A DNA stretch of 64,000 bases from Octopus sinensis (lineage: Eukaryota): the NCBI RefSeq assembly GCF_006345805.1, contig NC_043012.1, positions 17,794,001 through 17,858,000 on the forward strand. The letters are read 5' to 3'. The position numbers and the translations under genes were made by a program. Below the pieces are notes generated by a model. That model saw nothing but the letters and a program-made list of their open reading frames with translations, searched no databases and was not told where the DNA came from. Below, piece by piece: positions 27,026-40,897 of this stretch. How positions within the stretch are numbered: the stretch's first letter is position 1; each line of letters starts with the position of its first letter.

Positions 27026-28490
27026 TGTGTGTGTGTCTATATATATGTATGTGCGTACCAATCAATTTTTCAATCTATCGTCATAGATATAATGTATCTT
27101 TAAATACTCATTTAAGCTCTTCACTCCTTATAGAGTATAGGCTATCGATGCCTATTCTTTGCTATGTTCTAGATTCTGAACTGCCAATCTCTCGTCTCCG
27201 AGGTCTTTGTGGTTTCGAACAATCATCGATACTTCAGTAACTTTGCTATTTTCTACGCAGATGTATATTTATCTCTAGTATTTGGCCGTCCATCCATATT
27301 AGTATTTCAGCTATTCTTTTATCTGTCTAGCATCGGAGACCCTGCTAGAAGCTTACAATCCTCTGTCATAGCGGTCAGTGTCACTGAGACACATAAGCCA
27401 TCACACGCAAAGAAGACTCTCAATATGATGTGTCGGAAAGTATTATGAACTAATAAAATCAAATTATCCTCTCACTATCGGTTATACCTCAAATGGGCCC
27501 TGCTCCATTTGATATTATCCCAAAACAAATGAAAGAAGAACATCCAACCACCTTCTGATGATATCTTGACAAATTACTTCAAAGACTACCAAAAGGGGCC
27601 ACTTTTATCTGGACACTTGAATGGAACAGGATACCAAAAAAATAAATTAAAAAAATTATAACTTAAAGATGACTTGACACATTTAATGTGTTGGTTCAAT
27701 CTCCAGCTATATAGTTTTCTTCAACCAGAAACTGAACCGGGGTTAAAAACTAACAATCTATGAATTATTTAAGACGTAAACTTTGGTTTTAAATCAAGCG
27801 AAATGATGGCCGTAGATTATACAGAATATTACAGAAAGGAATTTAAAATAAGTTTAAAATAATAAAGCAATCCGGAGCCATTTTGTAAACTGTTAAAAAA
27901 AAAGGAAATGCTGAATAATACGAACTATTAAACAGGAAGTATCAAGAATATCTGAAATCGGAAAATAATACGAGGCTTCTGTGAATGCTGCTAGAAATAT
28001 ATTCAATTTAGAAAACTAACATGTAACACAAATATTTCCACACTGCATATGAGATTAGAATCGAAAAGGGGGGGGGGGATATAAATAAAATGTTCTGTGT
28101 TTAAAAAGGAAAGAGAGAATTGGCAATAAACTGAATTTCAACAATTTTATTGAAATACAGTTTCAAAATCGTCTTTGCTTTTCGATACGAACTGGAGCAA
28201 AATCTTATGTATACACGAGTCCAGTGCACAGAGGATCATTGCTTTTACTGTAAACAAAAGGTTATTCAGAACCACTGGCATGTTTGAATCAAAGTGAAAA
28301 GAAGAATGTCAAACAGTATACGTTCATGAACTGCTTCAAAGTAAATTTGACGATGCAAAGGAACTCTCAATGATTAAGTCACGTCGTAGGAATAACTATA
28401 AAAGATTATCCAAATAACTTGCAAAACAGAATAGCAAAATGTGACAAGAATCAAGTTTTAGAATGAATAAAACTAAGAAAGCACAACATA

Positions 28491-28577
<87 letters not shown>

Positions 28578-28578
28578 C

Positions 28579-28612
<34 letters not shown>

Positions 28613-29019
28613 TATGTATATGTGTATATGTATATATATCATGAAAGCGGTTTGGCTGGTCGTGATTAGTGCAAACTCTTTCACACTTAGAAACTTCGAA
28701 GTCACAGTTAGTCAAATTTCATAAAGTATTGGAGGATATGCAGATATAAAAACCTTAATTCATGCAATATGGGGGGTTTTATCCACATAAAACACCTATT
28801 TATCCATTTCTCTCTCTCACTCACTCCCTTTCTCTCTTTCTCTACATCTCACTCTCACTACATACCAAACGCTATATATCTATATATGCGCAACTACGTA
28901 CGTTAATTATATACACATACATGGATCATACACATGAATGCACACATACATACGTACGCATATGCATACATAATCCATCCATCCATTCACCACCCATCCA
29001 TAGATATATATACATATAT

Positions 29020-29062
<43 letters not shown>

Positions 29063-29437
29063 ATATATATATATATATATATACAAACACATATTCATAT
29101 ATATTGTTGTGCATATACACTCACACAATAATACTCACTTGCAAATAACCTTATATATGGTAGCTAGATAAAATGAAGATCGCGGGGAAAAAAAAAAGTT
29201 TTCAGTAAACATTAAGTGACGGGGTGCCGTCACACTGCAGCAAGCTATCGCTCTACATCATATCTGGTGCATAATATATGTAGCTGTAACATCACAGCTT
29301 CATTAACTGATATGCGGCTATATTGTAGTAGTGATATCGCCGAACAAAAGGAATATGCCACTATAGAATTGTATCACCATATAGAATGAATAATTTGCAA
29401 AACTACAAATAATTTCCAATATAATAAAGTAAACACA

Positions 29438-29479
<42 letters not shown>

Positions 29480-31249
29480 TATATATATGGGTATATTATA
29501 TATATATATATATAATAATATGTTTATACTTACATACATATATATATATAGACGTATATAGAACGGAATCTAACGTTATTTGTCCCCTTTTCTTCTTTCT
29601 TTCTCGTCGCTATGAATATTAATGCATTATAGATATTCAATCACAAACAAACATTAGAGAACCTAACACCTCAACGATTGAATTATGTAATCACACACAT
29701 ATAATAGACTCAAACATTTATGAAGATACATAGGTATACTTGGGCACACGTTTTAACACACACCTACGCAAACAAAATCACATGAATACATGCGAACACA
29801 CGCATTCATACATTCATATATATATAAATATACATACACCAATACACACACACATATACATATAATATACAAAAATCTATATATTTTATATATATATTCA
29901 TGGGAATATATACTTGTATACAGGTGTATATAATGAAGAAAACAAAACTTAATAGAAGGTAACAAAATACATGTAAATCTACGTAACGTGTTGGTGATAA
30001 ATTTTTATATATATATTTTTTTGGTATAATTTTCTCAGTTATTCTTTTTATGGATATAATTTAGTTCCGATGCTGAGTCTTTGTCAATATTGAATTATGC
30101 AAGATTGATTCGGTAACAAGTAAAGCATGACGTGGACCAAACAACAAAATATAGAAATCTTCATACAAAATGAAATAAAAAAAAAAGAATTATACAAACA
30201 AAAGAGGCATGTGGTGGAAAAAAACGATATAAAATTAGGAATAAGAAAGGTTTTTGATATGTTGAACTGACAATGCGTGTTCTGTGTGTTTGTATTAGCA
30301 TTGATATTTCACGGCTGCGGTCGTAGATCCTTTGAAAGGCTCATGCGCGCTAAATCTGGTCATGCTTCACACGAACCCTTTCAAAGTTAAACCGCTGGCA
30401 ATATGCCAAAGTAAAAACACGCACAAGCTAAATCACTATCACAAGCTCAGTAGAAGCAATACAACAACTGCAACAACCACGACAACAAAACACTGAACAA
30501 AAGAAAAAAAAGCGTATAATATATGAATAGATATCAACTGGCACAAAAACAAATTCTTGAGCTCACATTCTCTATCTCTCTCCTTCATACAAACATAGAT
30601 ATAATATGCATGCATACATACTACATACCACCTCCATATATATATATATATATAGATATATATATATATATATATATCTATATATATAATTAGTATATAT
30701 ATATATATATTATATATGTAACATATACATACATATACATGTATATATAATATATGCATATATATATATGCATATAGAATCATATTTAAGTATGTATAAT
30801 CCCACACACGAACGTGTGCGTGTCTGTATCTTTCTGTACGTAGCCTGTGCATTTGGGTCAGATTGTCCTGGGTGTTAGTTCCTGCCTGGTCATCCGGTGC
30901 CTTTAGCAGAAGTCATTCTTGAAACACGATATTCGTACTATATTTGCGGCTTCTTGACAAAGTCTCTCTTCATCCCATCAGCTCTGAAGGAGGCCCTGAG
31001 AAATAAATGTCATGGACACTGAATCCGCGAATCAACACACTGCAAGAAACAAGTGAAAAGTTTGAGTAGAGATAAATATAAAAAAATACTCAGTGTGAAG
31101 TAATATAATATTTTATGAAGATCACTTACTTCCGCAGTGCTTGCGTCTTTTATGGACATTTTCATCTGATAAAGCTAAAACAAGAGAACAATGGACAATA
31201 GAAAATCCACAAGAGTTTTCCAGAGGCTTATTGTACTAAAATCGAGATT

Positions 31250-33450
31250 CCATCGTACAAACATGCTTAAACTAGAGAAAGACAATAACTACCAATGGGC
31301 TATACATAGATAACAGGAAATCTGCTAAAGTTTTCAGGAATGTCATTAGAACTATGCCATTGACTGACATGGATAGCCAACAGATTCAAATATATGTTCA
31401 GATCAATAGTAATTTCCATGAGAATGCAAATAATGATGCCACATCGCCTTCCAATATAGAAGTAAAACCTGATACAAGAAATACCCAAACCGAACTATAC
31501 CAGAAAATAGCCACTGCCACTGAAGTAAATGTGATCGATACAATCGAAGTGGAAACACAGATACGGAATTTGAAAATATGTCGACTAAAATTCTATTAGA
31601 ATGGTCAAACCCATCAAACCGGAAAATCGCAGTGGTCTTCAAAAGATTCGAAGTGCAAAATGAAATCTGAAAATAATAGGTAAAGTAAATGCAATTATAA
31701 TATCTATCTGGAATAAAAATGAAGTAAATCTTACCTCACTGAATAATGTATGTTACGGTTTCAGTAACCAATACGTTGTGTGGTATTCAAGTAAAGAGAA
31801 TGTCTCAACATATAAACAAGAAACCAACATGATAAGAGAGAATTAGAAATAAAATTAATGTACTTCGGTCTAATATTCAAATATTCAAGAACATCAAAAG
31901 CAAAGATGTTAATGAACCAAAAGCTAAGAAGGTGAAAAGTAAATATGGCAGAGAAAGGAGAAGTGAAATCGATAAAGTAATCGTAGAACTCAAGTAAATG
32001 ATCTCGCTTAAAGCAGCAAATTTATCGATGTTCGACAAAAGATCAGACTTTTTCAAGGATAAAATTATGTTCCAAAACTAAAAACTCCTATTGCAAAATT
32101 GTGAAAATTTATCTAACTCAAAACCACATCCAGCAAGAGGGGAGTTCAAAAACTTTGGAAATCAATCAGTTCGAATACCAAATAACACAATAGTGATGCT
32201 CCATGGATCCTTCTATAAATAAATGACACAGTGACCAAATATGGAAAAATATCTCCGTCAAAGATCTTAGGTTTGCAACGAAAATTTTGCCAATAGAAAT
32301 AATGTAATTACTTGTAATTACTTGGAAAAAGGAGAAACACTTATTTCTGGTTGAATGTTCGACAAGAAACCTTTGAAAATTGACACTTCTGTATACATGA
32401 CCCATGGAAAACCCATCCCTGTCTGGTAAAGTTGAATAACCTCTGTCCCAAACGGATGAAAGTAATACACCACTAAGCCATTGACCTTCCAACCGAGTCA
32501 AAATTTCTAACTTCCATCATTACCGAATGTACGTGTCTGAACGCTACATGATATTTGTTAACAAACTTAAAGCCTGTAAACGCGACTCGTATGACACAAA
32601 GATCAGCTTTTAATCAATAAAATGATTATAGAGGTCTACCATAAACGGTACAAAAGTCTTCTTATTGCTTGATTCATTGCAAAATGTGTTTTATAGCCAT
32701 CCCCATAGCTGATTTGAGAGACACTTGGAAATTTAGTACTTCTCCGGTAACTGGCAATTCCCTGTGAAATAGTATGAAGGCAGCTTTAATACTGAATTCA
32801 GAAACAAATGCTCTGAACGTTGGTAACATTAATATAGACAGCGGGTATTTTTCTGCGTGATGCTCTAACGCCTGTTCTCGTTTGCACGGAGCTTATCACC
32901 TCGTTTACATGAATGACATAAATCATTTGGCGAAAAGTGATAAACAACCGCAAGGTCTTTTAATTATCGTAAAACAGTTTAATTACGATGCTGAGTTTGA
33001 CATACGTGCTAATGCCAAATACTTTAAAAGAAAAATCTAGAACTCCTCCAAAGGCATTAATGATCGTTGAATCTGAGGTGCAAAAAAAGATAAAACACAA
33101 TAACACAGTTGAATGCAAAACAAATAAATGTACAAACCAAATCAAATGGAATATTAGAGATGAATAATAGATGAATAAGTAAGGCATTACATGCTGAATA
33201 CCCTAGAAGGGCTCGCAATTCAGGTGTTGATAAAAATATGATTTATCAGTGATTCACTGCACCTGGACTTAAACGAGAAACATAGGGCTTCATAATCGCA
33301 GCTCAATATCGGTGCTTCTAATATAAATTAGGAAGCGAACATTCTTACAACTGGCGTTGATCCTTCTTGTCGCATTTGAAAGGATTGACTACTTTAGCCC
33401 GGGTTGCTCTACGCTAGCTTCAACTGAATATACCAACAACCATGATGGTC
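31250..33450 (+). mobile_element. R4/Dong-type LINE, long decayed ORF (pre-RT, RT, zinc-knuckle region), internally deleted and 3'-truncated
   Basis: LWKSISSNTK*HNSDAPWI (32153), SKFLTSIITE, KACKRDSY-KDQLLINKMIIE (32598), FYSHPHS, IFLRDALTPVL (GIFQGDxLSP), YMNDINHLAKSDKQ (32906, YMDD), GLKRET*GFIIAAQ, DPSCRI..PGCSTLASTEYTNNHD (33446). Motifs are colinear with R4-clade ORFs. The 5' boundary is uncertain. Confidence 0.85.
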
Positions 33451-33679
33451 TTTTAAATAGTGCAGATACTAAGGAAAGCATTGTGGACTTGAGGATATGA
33501 GAATTTTTCAAATATTTCAAAATCACGAATATTATAACCTTTTTAAGCAAATCTTCACTCTGAGTATCTTTCTCCTTCCCAGAAATAAATCGCTGCTAGT
33601 TATTAAAAACAGCCGCACTAAGACATCTAAGTTGGTGTTTCTTGATGCATCTGAAGGAGATCCGTATAAAAAAGAACAA

Positions 33680-34135
33680 CAACGAAGCACAAAGCCCCAA
33701 ATTTGAAGGAGAAGGATTAAGTCGATTACATCGACCCTGGTACGTAACTGGTACTTATGTAATCGACCCTGAAAACCAAACTCAGGAGGTGGCGGTGAGC
33801 ATTTCGTCCAGCGTGCTAACGATTCTGCCAGTTCGTTGCCCACGATTACAATATTAATAATAGTTATAATAATAGTTGTCATAACTATAATGGTAATAAT
33901 AATAGTGATAATATTGGTTTCAAATTTTGGTAGAAGGCTTTAAATATCTTTTGTGGGAGAGGGCATTAGTCGATCACGAAGAACCCAGTACTCAACTAGT
34001 TTTTATTTTGTTCACCCAGAAAGTATGAGAAGTAAAGTCAATCCCGGTGGAATTTCAACTCAGGACGTAAAAACGGACAAAATTCTGTAAGCAACTTGCC
34101 CGGTGTGCAAACAATTCTGCCAGCTCCACCGCCTT
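33680..34135 (-). mobile_element. Two SINE family B copies
   Basis: GTCGATTACATCGACCC..GTGCTAACGATTCTGCCAG at 33680-33845, and GAATTTCAACTCAGGACGT..TCTGCCAGCTCCACCGCCTT at 33910-34135. Confidence 0.75.
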
Positions 34136-34774
34136 AATCAATGATAATAGGTATAGCAAGTATGATTATAATGGTTTCAACATTTGGCACAAAGCCAGCA
34201 TTTGAAGTTGGAAGGATGGATTACATTTCTCACGTCTTACAAAGTATATTATTTGTCAATCACGTCGTCTTCATATACACACGCTTAACTACTTCTGGTT
34301 TATCTCAACCTGATTAAATATTTCACGTTTTAAGAACGCAATAATCCTCAATACTCCTTCGTGACTATCTCTTTAACGGTTACACTATCATTTTCTCACC
34401 CATGAAATGCGTATTTTCATTTATCGACGCATCCGTTATATATATATATACACATATACACATATGTGTGTGTGGGTGTCTGTGTGTATACACATATACA
34501 TATACGTATACATATATAATTATAGAATTCATATATGTTGATATACATAAATGAATACATACACGCAAGTATGTATGTATATACGAATGTATGTATTACA
34601 GAGTAGTAACGCTAAGGAGTGATGTATATGAATAGAAGGTTATTACCAGTTCAAATATGTTTGGGGCATATTCCTACCCGTAAGGAAGCCATTCATTCTG
34701 TTTTGTCATGGATAAAATTTTTAGCTGTAGGCACCATTTTTCTACAGCGAGAAATATTATCTTTGTGTGTATAT

Positions 34775-34795
34775 GCATATGCTTATATATAATAT

Positions 34796-34858
<63 letters not shown>

Positions 34859-34904
34859 TAGATATATATGTATAGTATATATATATATATATATATATTA
34901 TATA

Positions 34905-34936
<32 letters not shown>

Positions 34937-35061
34937 GATATATATATTATGTATATATATTATTATATATCTATATATATATGTATGTATATATATATAT
35001 ATGAATATGCATATATGTGTGTGCATGTATATCTGTTTATCTGTATATCTATATATATATA

Positions 35062-35097
<36 letters not shown>

Positions 35098-35125
35098 CAT
35101 ATATATACACATACATATATGCATA
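34775..35125. repeat. Long interrupted (TA)n tract; similar tracts at 3385-3525, 8465-8655, 10545-10880, 28490-28640
   Basis: Direct reading. Confidence 0.98.
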
Positions 35126-35442
35126 TTCACATATATATAGAGAGAGAGATAGAGGGGGGTCAGGAGCGAGAGAGAGGGTAAAAATTAATACAAAAACGGC
35201 ATCATTCGTAAAAAAGACATGTAAATTAGGTAGAGAATATTAACATACATGTATATATGCTCTTCGTAAATGAAACACACGCCTACCCACAAACATACAC
35301 ACACATTCTCATACACATACACTCAGTTGCATACGCATAAGTACACGAAGCTACACTAGCGTACATCACGTCTACACACATACATCCTACATCAGCACAC
35401 CCGCAATCTTAAGAGTACGCAAACCCATATTTACACAAACAT

Positions 35443-35820
35443 GGAGGCGCAATGGCCCAGTGGTTAGGGCAGTGGACTCGCGGTCATAGGATCGCGGTTT
35501 CGATTCCCAGACCGGGCGTTGTGAGTGTTTATTGAGCGAAAACACCTAAAGCTCCACGAGGCTCCGGCACGGACGGTGGTATATCCCTGCTGTACTCTTT
35601 CACCACAACTTTCTCTTACTTCCTGTTTCTGTTGTACCTGTATTTCAAAGGGCCGGCCTTGTCACGCTCTGTGTCAAGCTGAATATCCCCGAGAACTACG
35701 TTAAGAGTACACGTGCCTGTGGAGTGCTCAGCCACTTACACGTTAATTTCACGAGCAGGCTGTTCCGTTGATTCGGATCAACCGGAACCCTAGTCGTCGT
35801 AACCGACGGAGTGCTTCCAA
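35443..35820 (+). mobile_element. SINE with head 2 and tail C, full length
   Basis: tRNA head TGGCCCAGTGG..GGTTTCGATTCCC, then GAGCGAAAACACCTAAAGCTCC; tail ends GGAACCCTAGTCGTCGTAACCGACGGAGTGC. Confidence 0.82.
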
Positions 35821-36199
35821 AAAAATTTACACAAACAGACAAGAGCACTCACCGGATTTACTTCTGTGTCACCCAGATGTTTAGGTGCCATCAGATTCCT
35901 GTCCAGCCATGCGGTTAAAGAAATTCCACTTTCTAAAGGAACCGATGTCGATGAGCAACGGGTAGTCTTTGTCAACACCATGCCATTAAAAAAAAAAAAT
36001 TATCCCCACTCTCTCTCTTTCCCACCCATCTCCTTCAGCAATGGCAAATTATCTCCTGGTAACCATCTTGCAACTCCTGTATCTCTCCATTCGGTAATTT
36101 AAAGCCTGAAAGTGAGAGGTCTTCTGTTACAGGCATGCGAAACTATAAGTCGCATACAACCGAATCAAACTGTTTAAATAATACACACACACGCACAAG

Positions 36200-36322
36200 T
36201 TTAAAAGACTTGTTTTATTTATATTCCCGAGCGCCATACTAATACAATTGTTTGTTTGTATTCCACCTGCCTTCGTCTTTTGTTTATTTACATAAAGCTT
36301 CCCGTTATATATATATACACAT
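36200..36322 (+). mobile_element. Penelope-like pLTR 3' piece, same family as 3982-4170
   Basis: AAAGACTT..ATACTAATACA..TGTTTGT..TCCACCTGCCTTCGTCTTTTGTTT then (TA)n. Confidence 0.6.
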
Positions 36323-36327
36323 ATATT

Positions 36328-36947
36328 GGCTTGAGTAGACCCGGCAAGCCATGGGTGTAACCAGACCACTTATGCGTACCTTTCCTTCATTGGATACTAA
36401 ACTCTGCTTGCGAAGACCTGTTGAGGCAAGTGAAATCGAAATTGAAATCATATTTGATGACTGGCATCCGGTTTAGTGGAGCGTTAAGAGCACCATTCGA
36501 GCGTAATTGTTGCCAGAGCAGCTGACTGGCTTCAGTGCCGGTGGCACGTAAAAAGAACCGCTCGAGCGTGATCGTGACCAGCGTAGCCTTACTGACATAT
36601 GTGCCGGTGGTACGTGAAAAACATTCGAGAGAGGCTGTTGCCAGTGCCGCTGGACAAGCTCCTGTGCAGGTGGCACGTAAAAAAACACCATTTGAGAGTG
36701 GCCGTTGCCAGTAACGCCTGACTGGCTGTCGTGTCGGTGGCACATAAAAGCACCCATTACACTCTCGGAGTGGTTGTCGTTAGGAAGGGCATAGAGCTGT
36801 AGAAACTTTACCAGATCAGATTGGAGCCTGGTGCAGCCATCTGGTTCGCCAGTCCTCAGTCAAATCGCCCAACCCAAGCTAGCATTTAAGGTGGACGTTA
36901 AACGATGATGATGATGATGATGATGATAATGATGATGATGATGATGA
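36328..36947 (+). mobile_element. RTE-like LINE (or derived SINE) 3' end with four internal ~65-bp repeats and a (GAT)n tail
   Basis: GGTGGCACGTAAAA-type cores at 36540, 36606, 36669 and 36736; GTTAGGAAGGGCAT..GCTGTAGAAAC; ends GGACGTTAAACGATGATGAT. The RTE assignment is from memory of such tails. Confidence 0.65.
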
Positions 36948-37132
36948 TATATATATATATATATAAACTCGCCTTGCCGGCTCCAAATCTGTGTATATAT
37001 ACGCATTTGATCTCTTTATCTTTGTGTATGTATGTTGTGATACTATTTATTTTCTTTATATATCAATATACTCAATCTGAACCTTAAATTCATACATCTA
37101 ACCAGTGTTTCTGTAATGTTATATATATATAT

Positions 37133-37178
<46 letters not shown>

Positions 37179-37495
37179 ATATATATACTATTTATATATA
37201 TATAGTTTTTCATTTCAAACTGTAATCTATTGCAACAAACGTACTTTATTCTCTTCTTCCTTTCTTCTGAGTTTCTTCGTCATCTCTTTTCTCCTTCCTC
37301 GCATTGTTTTCTTCAATAGTTTAAAGTCTGTTATACATATGCTTGTACTCTAATAATTTATTTTCTCCGTTTTAACTATATACACGCTAAAATGCACGTA
37401 TCTATCTGGTTGCCTAGCGACTGTCGACGTATTTTAACATAATTAATATATGAATACCACAGACGCACAGAATATTAACATACTCTCTTTGTAGA

Positions 37496-37550
<55 letters not shown>

Positions 37551-37584
37551 ATACACATGTATATATGTATGTATTATATTATGG

Positions 37585-37625
<41 letters not shown>

Positions 37626-37867
37626 TGTGTTTATAGATACGCATACATTGACATGTATATATACATATACATACACATATATAATCCGTGTATACATATG
37701 CATATCTACATTTGATTGTATGTATATCGCTAAACACATGGACACATTGTTATATATTTATATATACGTATACATACATGTATAGAAATCTTGTACACAT
37801 ATATGAATAAGCATAGCATGTGTGTACGTTTACACAGTAATTGTATCTAACTATGTATCTATGTATG

Positions 37868-37930
<63 letters not shown>

Positions 37931-38599
37931 ATATCTATCTAGTTGAAATTTATAGAAAAACCAAGACGGAGAGAGTTGTATGAACAGCAAGCAAGTGTTT
38001 AAGAGAAAATTAACAGAGAGAGAATGAAAAAAATTGCGGATTTCAGATGTCCACCATGGCGAATATACAACATATATGTGTGTGTGTGTAGTGTGTGTGT
38101 GTGTAGTGTGTGTGTGTGTGTGCCGTGTGTGTGTGTATGTGTGTGTGTGTGTGCGTGTGTGTGCGTGTTGCATCGGTTCCATGCGACTCAAAGTTTCACA
38201 GGCTTCTTAAAGGAAACCAGCTCGATCATGTTCAAATTCCCCCATGGATAAAGACAGGAAGTCCAAGATGGTGACTGAACAATGTGCTGCTCTTAGTGAA
38301 GGCATGTCACATGGTATTGTTAGAAGTGAGATTGGCATTTCAGCGACACCAAGAGAAAGGAGAATGTGCTGGACCACGTGGCTGGACAGGAATCTTCGTA
38401 GCGACATGGCGTGTGATGTGCGTTTGAAGGAACTTGGAAGCCGTCACTACCCCAAGTCTCTTGGTATTCTTAGACATCCCTACTGCCTCATGAAAATTGA
38501 CCATCCCCCACATCCCCACCTCTCACAACGTCTCCTGCACACCCGGACGCAACCCAAACTGTCTCCTGAAATTTATCCCTTACACAGAGAAAGGGACCT

Positions 38600-38760
38600 T
38601 ATCCTTGTTACCTTATTGTTTCACATTACCCCAAGTCCACTCAGCTGGCTTAAATGAGTAATCCCTCTATTTCATAAGGGCGGCCTTGTCCCACTCTGTC
38701 ACACTGAATCTTCCTAAGTACTACGTTAAGGGTACACGTGTCTGTGTAATGCATAACGAC
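38600..38760 (+). mobile_element. SINE core 1 and tail C fragment
   Basis: AGTCCACTCAGCTGG..AAATGAGTA..CTACGTTAAGGGTACACGTGTCTGTG. Confidence 0.65.
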
Positions 38761-39053
38761 TGATAATAATCTTTATAACATACGGATTACAGCTTCTAAA
38801 TCCATCACCAGATTAAATATGCTCGTTCTTATAAATGCAAAAGGAAAGAAGACAGTGCATTCAGTCCCTCAAATGAAAAAAATATAGACTCTTCCGTATG
38901 GTGGTCTATTTTATGTAGCACACTTCGTAACAGCGGAAGCGTTGGAAATTTCCATTATAAGTTTAATTTATTTAATAATCATAACGACTTAATGTATTGT
39001 TCACACTTATTTAACAAAACTTTCTTAAAGTTTCCAAATAAAAATTCTACATA

Positions 39054-39458
39054 GGCGCATATGCGGCTCAGTGATAAGATCAAATGGTCCCGGGTTCAGT
39101 CCCACTGCTTGTCATCCCGGGCAAGATTCTTCTACTCTCGCTCCGGACTGACTAAAGCCTTGTGAATGAATTTGTTAGGCGGAAACTGAAATATGTCCGA
39201 TACACACACACACACACATATACATTTATTTATTACCCACAAGGGGATAAACATAGAGGGGACAAACAAGGACAGACAAACGTATTAAGTTGATTATATC
39301 GCCCCCAGTGCGTAACTGGTACTTATTTAATCGACCCCGAAAGGATGAATGGCAAAGTCGACCTCGGCGGAATTTGAACTCAGAACGTAATGGCAGACGA
39401 AATACTGCTAAGCATCTCGCCCGTCGTGCTAACGTTTCTGCCAGCTCGCCGCCTTTCG

Positions 39459-39524
<66 letters not shown>

Positions 39525-39770
39525 TGTGTGTGTGTTGTGTGTGTGTGTGTGTGTGTGGAAGTGAGTTTTTGTATCTGTGTTTGTTCCCCCGCCATCGCTT
39601 GGCATCTAGTGTCACTGTTTACGTCTCCACGAATAAGCGCGTCGCCAAAAGAAATTGATTGAACAAATACCTGGACAATATATGTATTAGGGTCGCTTCA
39701 TTCGACTAAAATTCATGAAGACGATGCCCCAGCATGGCTACAATCTAATGACTGCAACAAGTAAACGATT
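39054..39770 (+). mobile_element. SINE family A split by a nested family B insertion
   Basis: Family A head at 39054-39200 and 3' half at 39568-39770, with the insert inside the internal (CA)/(TA) tract. Confidence 0.75.
39225..39455 (-). mobile_element. SINE family B, full length, nested
   Basis: Head AAGGCGGCGAGCTGGCAGAAACGTTAGCACG; tail CCCCTTGTGGGTAATAAA. Confidence 0.88.
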
Positions 39771-40774
39771 AAAGATGAGCAACTTGCTTAGGTCCCAATA
39801 AGATTAACGATTGTATTAGCAGCTGATGCATTCTCATATCCGCTGCATGAATTCTTGGTATTGTAACTTATCAGTTGTTTCTTTTTTTTATCTTAAATTG
39901 AATCTAATCCTTTCCTATTTCACCTGATTTAATTCAGTGTAGCGGTTGGAATCTTTATAATCCTAGAATTCATTACACAAGTTAGCAATAATATATTTTA
40001 AACAACTAGTCGAATGAGCCAGTGGTGCTGTTTCAAATCTCTTTTCTGTAGTAACTTATCTTCATGATTCCTCTTCTTTGCTGTCAATTGGTGAGTATAG
40101 TAGGGGACATATTGTAGTAAACTTTGTTGTTTCAGATATTTTGCTTCTGAACGATTTCCTTGCATTTATACACAGTACAAGCATACTTCTAAATTTGATC
40201 ATTTCTTGACCTAACATGGACTGTAATTCTGGTGAGTTAAACTACGATAGACCTGTCATCCACAATGTCCCTCTACTGAAATATGTTCATCAATATATAA
40301 GGGAACACTTGATTTTTATGAGTCCGATGGACTATGACGAGGGATCCGAGGCAGTAGATATTTGTTGAAAATTCAACATACGGTGCGCCCAAAGATCATT
40401 AATATTTAGGTGCCATCTTCCAGGAATATGTTTAATTGGTATACGCAATAAAGCTTCACCGCTATATTTAGTGCAATCTAAGCAATGAGTCTGTGGATGG
40501 TCTACAGGTTGGATGTGGTACAGATGAAGGATCAAAACTCCTGAAATATGAAATTTCCACCCGTTATACATTTTTCATCTTCGATCTCATTGTTGTCTAC
40601 GTCGGAACACAATCAGTGTTGGCTTCTATGGAAAAGCTGTAGAGATAACTCACACGAGAAATGTAATGGCACTGCTAACACAGTATTGACTTATAAAAGT
40701 ACTTAATATACATTGTTGTATATTACTATATTATAGTTGCATCAAGAAATATGTTATCTCGTTGTAGTTGGTGT

Positions 40775-40775
40775 T

Positions 40776-40841
<66 letters not shown>

Positions 40842-40897
40842 CTTCTTCTTCTTCTTCTTCTTCTTCTTCTTCTTTTTCTTCTTCTCCTTCTTCTTCT
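40775..40897. repeat. (GTT)n-(CTT)n compound microsatellite; a similar array at 50890-50990
   Basis: Direct reading. Confidence 0.97.

Noticed and set aside
36488-36755. CRISPR-like repeat-spacer appearance
   Set aside because: The spacers are mutually homologous, there are no cas genes, the context is eukaryotic and the array lies inside a retroelement tail.
40380-40430. YLGAIF as RT motif 7
   Set aside because: An isolated six-residue match.
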